64,000 nucleotides of DNA from the human T2T-CHM13v2.0 reference genome, Homo sapiens: assembly GCF_009914755.1 (NCBI RefSeq), contig NC_060941.1; one strand, given 5' to 3'. The first letter of the stretch is position 1. Every line of letters starts with the position of its first letter. A model generated the notes under the pieces. It did not search any database. It saw only the letters and a list, made by a program, of their open reading frames with translations, and had not been told where the DNA came from. The position numbers and the translations under genes are program-made. Positions 55,901 through 64,000 of the stretch are shown one piece after another.

Positions 55901-56264
55901 TTAAAATACCACTGTGATCATTTCTACTCAAAACCTCAGCAGACTCTCCACTACCTTCTCCATCAAGTTCAAACTCCAAACTCCCAAGCTCAGTAGTCCC
56001 TGTGCAGCCCTAGCTGCCTCCTCGCCTTTATCTCTTACTACTGTCCCATACAAATCCTTCCTCAAACTGGTCTATTTAATTCCTTCAGATATGCCCTGTA
56101 CTTTTCTGCCTCTAAGTTTTGGTGTACACAATTTCTCTTCACTTGCAATACTCTCTTCTTCACAGCTTGTCTCTTGGCCTATAGAAATTCAATCCATCCT
56201 TCAAGAACTAGTTCGAGAGCCACCTATTAGGCATACTTTTTGATCACCAAGGAGGAAAAGATGG

Positions 56265-56490
56265 CAGATTCTAAAGTTAGACACATCTGGGTTTGAATTA
56301 TAACTCCAGTCACTTACTGGCTGAATGACACTGCGCATATTCCTTAATAACTCTGCCTCAGCTTCATCTTTAAGATGGGGATAAGAGCAACTTCCCTAAG
56401 GCATACTGTGTAAAGTAAATGAATTAATTCATGTAAAGCGCTTAACATGATGCCTGGCATAGATGAGGACCCAAGAAATGTTAGATATTG
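56265..56490 (+). mobile_element. MIR
   Basis: CTGGGTTTGAAT...CACTTACTGGCTG...ATGTAAAGCGCTTA. Confidence 0.7.
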
Positions 56491-59264
56491 TTATACTCTT
56501 ATTATTAACATTGCCATTAGTGAACTTATCTTAATCTGAATTCAGACAATACTTATGACCATCACAAACTCTTCAGGTACCTACAGTATCATTCCCCTTC
56601 TTCTTCTTTTCCCTCTTACCTTATGTTTGTTCTTCCTCCAATGCCCCAGCCCCCCAGATTGCAAGATCCTGATGAACAGGTCAATTTCCTATACATCTTA
56701 GTATCTACAATGGTCACTCACACCTAGCATATTGTTTAATGCCTAATGAAACAACACTAAAGAGCTGGCAGTATTAAAATGCCCTGCATCCTATAGTGTA
56801 AAAGTATTAACAGCGTACTTAAAGTGATTAATAAAAAAATGTAAATTTCCAGTCTCACAAAATTAAATCTCTTCTTTCATGGTCCTCTAGGTTCTTTTTG
56901 CTCTCTATTTTAAAACAAACAACCCAACCTATTCATACAGCAAGAGATAGAACAGCAAAATATATGGAGGTCAGACAGCAGCCAAATGCTAGAGTACAAG
57001 GACCTCGAAACAACTCAGCTGAACACAATTCTGGATGAAGTCCAATAGGAAGACAATTTAAAGAGAAAGGAAGCTGGCTTATCAGTTATACTAATGATGC
57101 TGATTGTTACACCAGCCTTAGGATTCCTTTGCATTCAGGGCCAAGTATAAACAACTGAAATAACCAGGCTAGTAGATATAGAAATATTAGTGATTTTGCT
57201 CAACAACTGAGCTTATTACATGATCAATTTAATTACCTATGTCAAAAGTGACTATTAACATACCTCAAGATTCTAAAGTAACTCAAGTTTTGGCTAATGA
57301 AGTCATATCAAGTGTACACGGTCTTACTGTATACTAATCATTCACTTCAAGTAAATTAGTATGATGACAACTTGATATACATATATTATCATAGCATAAG
57401 CTATTTTCAACAGTGCCCAAGGAAAATAAATGTTACTATAGTACTGATTTCTAGTTTATTTGCATGACTCTACTAACTTTCAATCGATTTCTTCAAAATC
57501 AGGCCTAGTAACCACAAACCAAAGAGTTTACTAGTGGAGTGAATTAAGAAGGTTTGATGGTATGTTAATGACTTTCCAAAAACTAGCATAAAGTACTACA
57601 CATAAGAATAAATTATATTAAAGATTTATTCCTATGATACTTGTCTTCAGATGACCCTAAAATGTTTTACCAGCTTTGAAGTACAAGTATTCTCAAATCA
57701 CAAAATCTTAGATTAGAAATAGTCTTAGAAGTCCCCCACTGCAGGAATTCTTTATACCACCTCCCAGGCAAAATGTTCTCCAGCCTTTGCTTGAATATTT
57801 CCAGCAATGTGCACTCACTATTTTGCAAGGCAGTGCACTCCACTGTTACAAATTCTTCCTTACAATCACTGGAAATCTGCCTCCCTGAACCAAGAATCCC
57901 AGTTCTGCTCTCTGAAACAACACAAGATATATAACCTTTGAAATAAAATCACTTATTAAGATATAGTTGTCAATTTCATCACACAAAATGCAATTAAAGC
58001 TCAGAAAAGAAGAAACCACAACCATACACAACAAAACTTTGAAATTCAGGAAATTATACTGAAATGACAAGCCAGCAAATTTCAGGATATCAAAGCTCAC
58101 ACCTCAGTTAACATACAAATATTAAGGGTAACCTGATGATTTTTTTACAGTGGAAAGTGGTACAGTGTTTATTAAATACCTTTTTTTGCAACCTGATACT
58201 ACCAAATCCACCAACACCGTTTTTAAAATTACAGTTCTGTAGGAAGTTCAAGGTGGTTTTCCCAGTTGCTCGCATTTTCACTCAGTTTATTTCTCTCTAA
58301 AACATCTGGATGTTGGTTTTTTAAAGCCCATTTGCCCCACTGGTGCAATATATTGTTTTTAAAAATAAATATTTTCAAAAATGGAGCCTAAGAGAATGGA
58401 GTGTAAACGAATGGGGGTGGGGCGAGGAGAGAAGGCAAAGACGGGCCCAGCGGGGAAAGGCTGGTTACTGGGTATTTTCCTTCTGAGAGCATGCTTTATT
58501 GGCATAGGCATCTGAGGTAACGAGCCATACAAACACGACCTTAGAACAAGAATGATCACGAGCAATGAGTGTAAGGCATAAATATCTGTAAGACGGAAAT
58601 AATTTGACACTGATCACTAAGCAGCACCAGATGCTTCGGGACCTCATAAAGGAAAGGTAAGAGGTCCAGGAAACAGAGATCATTGCTACCCTCTGGGGTG
58701 GGGGGCAGGCGGGAGAAACCAAGGAATAACTACGGTTGGGCAGTTCAAAGCCTGAACAGTACAGAGCAAAAGAAAGCCAGCAAGTGACTAGGGGAAGGCA
58801 CACACCCTGGCGAGTACGAAGAAGGGTGTGCAGTGTGCAAATACTGAACAGGTCTATGAAATGGTGTGGGTAAGAGATGTGGGTGTGGGTAAGGGGCAAC
58901 GCAGGAGGCTCACGGTCCCCTCCCTGCAGCAGAGCAACAGAGGGTAAAAGAAGGGGGAGGGTGAAAAGCAAGAATGACTCATTACCAAAAGGAAGTGCTC
59001 AAGCCATAGGGAGGCATGCCACAGGGGATTTCAGGGCGAGGATTGTGAGGAGCTAGGTGCTCAGGGTGATGGGGGCAAAAATCAACGTCTTGTAGTTCCT
59101 GCTGCTAGTCTTTAACATGGGGGTGTGGGGGGGTTCGCGGCAGCCGAGTGCCAAGGCCTGGGAAGCGGCGCGGCGCGTGCGCAGTGGCGTTCGGCGGGAC
59201 CCGCTGAGGCAAAGCGGAGCCGCAGTGACAGAAGCAAGCGGAGCGGCCGCCAGGAAGGACTCAC

Positions 59265-59327
59265 CGAGGCGCAGGGGCTGGAGGTGGTGCTGGGGGTAGG
59301 TGACCGCTGGACCGTGACCAAAGCCAT
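59265..59327 (-). CDS. SSH2: First coding exon of protein phosphatase Slingshot homolog 2 (21 codons, phase-0 intron follows)
   Basis: Translates to MALVTVQRSPTPSTTSSPCAS, which I recognise as the SSH2 N-terminus; 63 nt ending exactly at the donor TCG|GTGAGT (59264); lies in a CpG island. Confidence 0.93.
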
Positions 59328-59360
59328 CTAGGCGCTGCTGGGTTGTTCCGGGCAGGGCAT
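59328..59360 (-). promoter_or_regulatory. Upstream ORF MPCPEQPSSA* in the SSH2 5' leader, in frame with and abutting the main ATG
   Basis: Minus strand AGA ATG CCC TGC CCG GAA CAA CCC AGC AGC GCC TAG ATG G. Confidence 0.6.
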
Positions 59361-60856
59361 TCTTGTCCTGAGTGTGGGGGACGGGAGGGTGACGGAGCCG
59401 GGATGGGGAAAGGGGTGCGGGGTGGGGGTGAAGGGAACGGGGAGGAGGAGGAGGCCGCGGGAACGGCCGCAGACTCCGCACCCACCACCAGACTGTCGCC
59501 GACTGACGCTCCGAACGGGCGGCGGGCGGGCGGTTCGGCAGCTGCGGGGCACAATGAGCGCTCCCAGTGCGCAGGCGCCACCTGTCAGCTACCGCCTCTC
59601 CCCTCGGCGCGCGCCGCCGCCTGGTCGTAACCCTTGAGTTGCCGGAAGCTGGCCGAGTGCGTGCGCCTCGGGCCGCCGCACCCTCCTGGGTTTCCTCCTT
59701 CGTGCTGGAATCGCGCGGTTTGCCAGCACTGGGTGCTGTGGAGTGGGGTGGGGGAAGGGGCCGAAGGGAGCCAGCCCGGTGAGGGGTCCCAGGGCGGGGG
59801 GCCGCTGGAGTCTTCACTCCTGAGAGACAACCATTTTATGAGGTGGGGCGGCGCACAGCTTAACCAACCTTAAAAAAAAGCAGCTGAGATGAAAATCCTG
59901 AAGCAAACACGTTTTCTATTGGGAAAGGGCTCCGCGGAGTTTCAAACCCTCTCACTGGGCGCAGACAGAACTGGGCTAGACCAGTTTACTCCCTTCACCC
60001 CGGCTCTCGGGGGCTTTTTCTTAACTTTTCCCCCCCTTCCGTCTATGTTTTATGATGAGACTTCTGGAAAGAAAACCATTTTCCGTTTGATACCCTGGAA
60101 AGGTTTGTGGTACCCTCATGCTTCCTCTATTGCCTGTCTAAAGACTTATTCATTATTCCTGAGGAGAAGAGAAGCTGAGCGCGCCTGGGAGTCCGAGGAA
60201 GCCGGTTGTGAGGGTCCAGCCTGCTATTGACCTCTCACTTGCCTCCTGCTGTGAAGACAGTCTTTTAATTAAACAGGATTTGCTCGTTAAGCTTTCTTCT
60301 CCTTCGTCTCTAAATGTCATTCTTTCATAGACCTATGTAAAAATGTAGATTAAAAGATATTTTAAGGGAATGGTTTTCTCAGGGGTAAATTGTCTGCAGA
60401 ACATAAGCAAAGAATGTAATGGAAAATCAAGATTAAAAAGGAAAAAAATTGCACAATGCAAATATCACTGATTATTTACACAAAGAAAGAGAGTTGACAA
60501 GGCTATTTCTCAGCTTGAGTGGATGAGCTGGTAAATACCACCGTACATATCAAAGCTGTAGAAAACACACACACTTGGGAGTTTGCAGTTATTAAAACCC
60601 ACCCCCTCCTGTTTGTCACTCAAACACTCTTGGATCTCATTGCTTCTTTTAAACTGACAGGGCTGTCATGAGCTCTTTCTGGCTGCTGTACGGTTAAACG
60701 CCACAAGAGTCCTCTGTGCTGAGCCTTTGTTCTCTCCCTGGGGCCCTGTGGTTGAAATAATTAGCAGGGAGGTTCCATCAAGAATCAGACACTGAGGGTC
60801 CCTGTACTGTACAGTCCTATGTAGAGTGTAGTGCAGAGAAGCCAGCTGGTAGGCTT

Positions 60857-60871
60857 TTGCCCCCTGGTGGT
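60857..60871 (-). promoter_or_regulatory. CTCF core motif
   Basis: Minus strand CCACCAGGGGGCAA closely matches the CTCF consensus, ~1 kb upstream of the CpG island. Confidence 0.6.
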
Positions 60872-61441
60872 GATCAGGAGTGCCTGTGAGACAAAATTAA
60901 ACAAAGATGTATGGTTCACAGATTAAACAATCTGACTGTGTTTTCCCCAGAGCTCCGTAGTAAACAGGAAAAGAGAAGGCAAGTTTCAGAAGTAAGAACT
61001 TTGAACCAATGCATGGGAGACCAAAGAGGAAACTAGATACATAGCCAAAAAATACACATAGCTAGAAGCTGAATGAACTCAAATAAATGAAATATATGTG
61101 CTTTATGAACCAAAGTATCATTCTAGAAAAAGTAATATTCAAATCTGTAGGTCTTAGTACTTGTATGTTGATTCTCTGACTCAGGGAGGGCAACAATGAT
61201 GTTCTACTTTTTCATGGTAACATACTCTTCAGAAATTCTTTTGGAAGATGAAAGGCTTAAGTCCATTAACCTTGCAGTGAGAAAGAGCACTACCATAGGA
61301 ATCAGAAGACCTGGTTTCTAGTTCCAGCTCTAAAACCTTATGCAAATGGCTTGAACTTTTTGAGCTTTAATTCCTTTATCTCTACAATGGAACCCTAACT
61401 GACAAGATTCTTGAGATAATGTATGGTAAAGTTCAGAATAA

Positions 61442-62115
<674 letters not shown>

Positions 62116-64000
62116 TAGTGGTCAAGACATGTTTCATCTGTAGGTAAGTGTGGAACATTTTTGTTCCACATATCTAAGGTGATAAAATCCTGATCAAAAT
62201 TGAATTATGGGATGACAAAATTCACATTGTTTGTATCAGGAAGTTAATTTATTAATTTTCAGGGGAAATATCTCTTCCTGGTATATACCTTTTAAGGAAA
62301 CTAAGATTTGGAAATTATTGGTGCATGTTCATTAATTTATTTACTAATAATTGAGAAAATATTTATTGAATGTGTATCATATACTAGACACTGCTTTAAG
62401 AACAAGACAAATGTTTATCTACCTCTTAGGGGCTCAAAGCCAATTAGTAGGGGAAAACACATCAACAAATAATTAGAGCGTAGCTTAGTGGTACCATGGC
62501 TTCTGTCACCTCGGCTAGGCGCGAAAGGAGGTATGTAGAAATATAGAAGAAGTCTATATACGTACAAAGTTCTATAGAAACAAAGGAGAGAAGGTCTGGG
62601 CAAATGTGCTCTTTATGATATTGGCTTTCAGGCTTTGTCTGCAGATCCCAGTACAGTCGCTTTGCGAACGGAGCTGGACCACACTAAGCATTTGATGAAA
62701 TCTATGCTTTGTGCCCCATTTATACCTAATTTCCCTAGGCTCCACCCTGGTTCCTCCTAGGTCTTCTGGTGAACTGAGAGAGGAGATATCTTCTAATAGA
62801 GTGAAGAGCCTAGGATCCTCTTACTATTCTAGCTGAATTTGAGGAGAGAGAGGCCAAGAGCAGGATTCCCAAAAGAGGGAGCCAAAGAGACAAAAGTCCT
62901 CCTAGTTCTACTTAGAGCACTTTCACTCTTCCCACCTGCGATGCTGGAGGCCTGGTTGTACCACTGGAGTCCATTTAACCCTTAACTTGTATCAATACTT
63001 CTTCCGGGGTGAAATTATAGGGGAGCTTGAAATCTCTGAGGTTAGCTGGTTCTCAAGCTTTGAGAACCTGATGAAAACTATTGACCTTCTCTCCAGAAAA
63101 ATGTACTTGCATATTTCTCATACCTACTAAAACCTATCAAGGAACCAAGGTGAAGAATCCTGATCTAAATGTTAAAGGGGTGGTTCTCTACCTTTTTTTT
63201 CCACATCATGACATCCATAGAAATAGTATTTGTACAGCACACTGGGATAAATTAAAGGGGATTTGGAGGCAGCTAATTACATGGGGCTTGGTGAAAAAAA
63301 TTGTTTCTTTATATTACTTACTTTTAATGACAAAAATAAACATATTAAGGATGACACTAAATATTGAATTTGTATACATTTCCAAACAAAGATGTCTAAA
63401 AATTTAATGAAAAACCTGAGATTGCTTCTGTAAACATAACATTTTTTATACAGGATTTTATGATTGAAATGACGGCTTGCAGTTCTTGAATGAGACAGTT
63501 TAACAGTGATGTCTTCAAATTCTTGGTAGTCATTATTGATGAGAATTTAGTTCATACAAGTAGGTGATAAAAAAACTTTTAAACAATTTTCACAACAATT
63601 CAAAATTTAAAAGTATAAATTATAATTGATAATATATCCACATTATCACAGGGTATTTCCTCGTTACATTTGCCAATGGGAATTTCCCCATCTACCCAAA
63701 CACTTTTTGTGTCAAGTATCTATTGCAAAATATTGATAAAGGTCTAATTTGCAGAGTTAGATTGTGTTATTAGATCAATAATTCTTCATCTAACTTGAAC
63801 ATAATTAAAAGGGCGCATCAGATATAAACAAAAGGAAGAATGCTATATATATAAAAAGAGAGATCATAAGCTGAGTTCATCAGGAGTACCTAGCAGGCCT
63901 CCCTGCATTTCCTGGCCTTATCTGAGGCTGTAAGTCCTGCTCTTTTGGTACCTGGAACATCCTCCAAAGCTCAGTGTTTACAATAGGCAGCAGTGTGTAC

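Larger units (their letters stand above)
59130..59850. promoter_or_regulatory. CpG-island promoter of SSH2 (probably bidirectional with EFCAB5)
   Basis: Very high GC and CpG density versus a CpG-depleted window; GC boxes (~59782, ~59845), ETS CCGGAAG (59642), NRF1-like TGCGCAGGCGCC (59568); the EFCAB5 neighbour is recalled, not seen here. Confidence 0.9.

Noticed and set aside
58465-58971. 168-aa minus-strand ORF
   Set aside because: Non-ATG start, intronic, no recognisable domain
59053-59830. 254-aa and other overlapping ORFs in the CpG island
   Set aside because: Stop-poor GC-rich sequence, mostly non-ATG starts, low-complexity products; only the 21-codon SSH2 exon is supported
62476-62500. 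GCGTAGCTTAGTGGTA resembling a tRNA A-box
   Set aside because: No B-box (GTTCRA) or cloverleaf downstream

Overview
Human (primate) genomic DNA, heavily occupied by interspersed repeats: about 42 Alus, several L1s, LTR and DNA-transposon relics, L2 and MIR. The only protein-coding sequence I can support is the first coding exon of SSH2 (Slingshot-2 cofilin phosphatase) on the minus strand. It reads MALVTVQRSPTPSTTSSPCAS (59327-59265), ends at a GTGAGT donor and lies in a CpG island. Positions 1-59264 are therefore the proximal part of the long first intron of SSH2, and the right end is upstream sequence (from recall, shared head-to-head with EFCAB5 at 17q11.2). Almost all ORFs in the track are Alu or L1 translations. 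I found no new multi-gene system. The most interesting signals are: (i) an in-frame uORF whose TAG directly abuts the SSH2 ATG; (ii) three independent, locally templated inverted insertions (207, 68 and 35 bp); (iii) a palindromic AT-rich VNTR whose unit switches from 40 bp to 31 bp at a strand-inversion hairpin; (iv) two candidate poison or micro-exons in SSH2 intron 1; (v) retrocopies with poly(A) tails and TSDs of a U13 snoRNA and of an LTR transcript 3' end. Repeat boundaries and subfamilies were judged by eye and are approximate.
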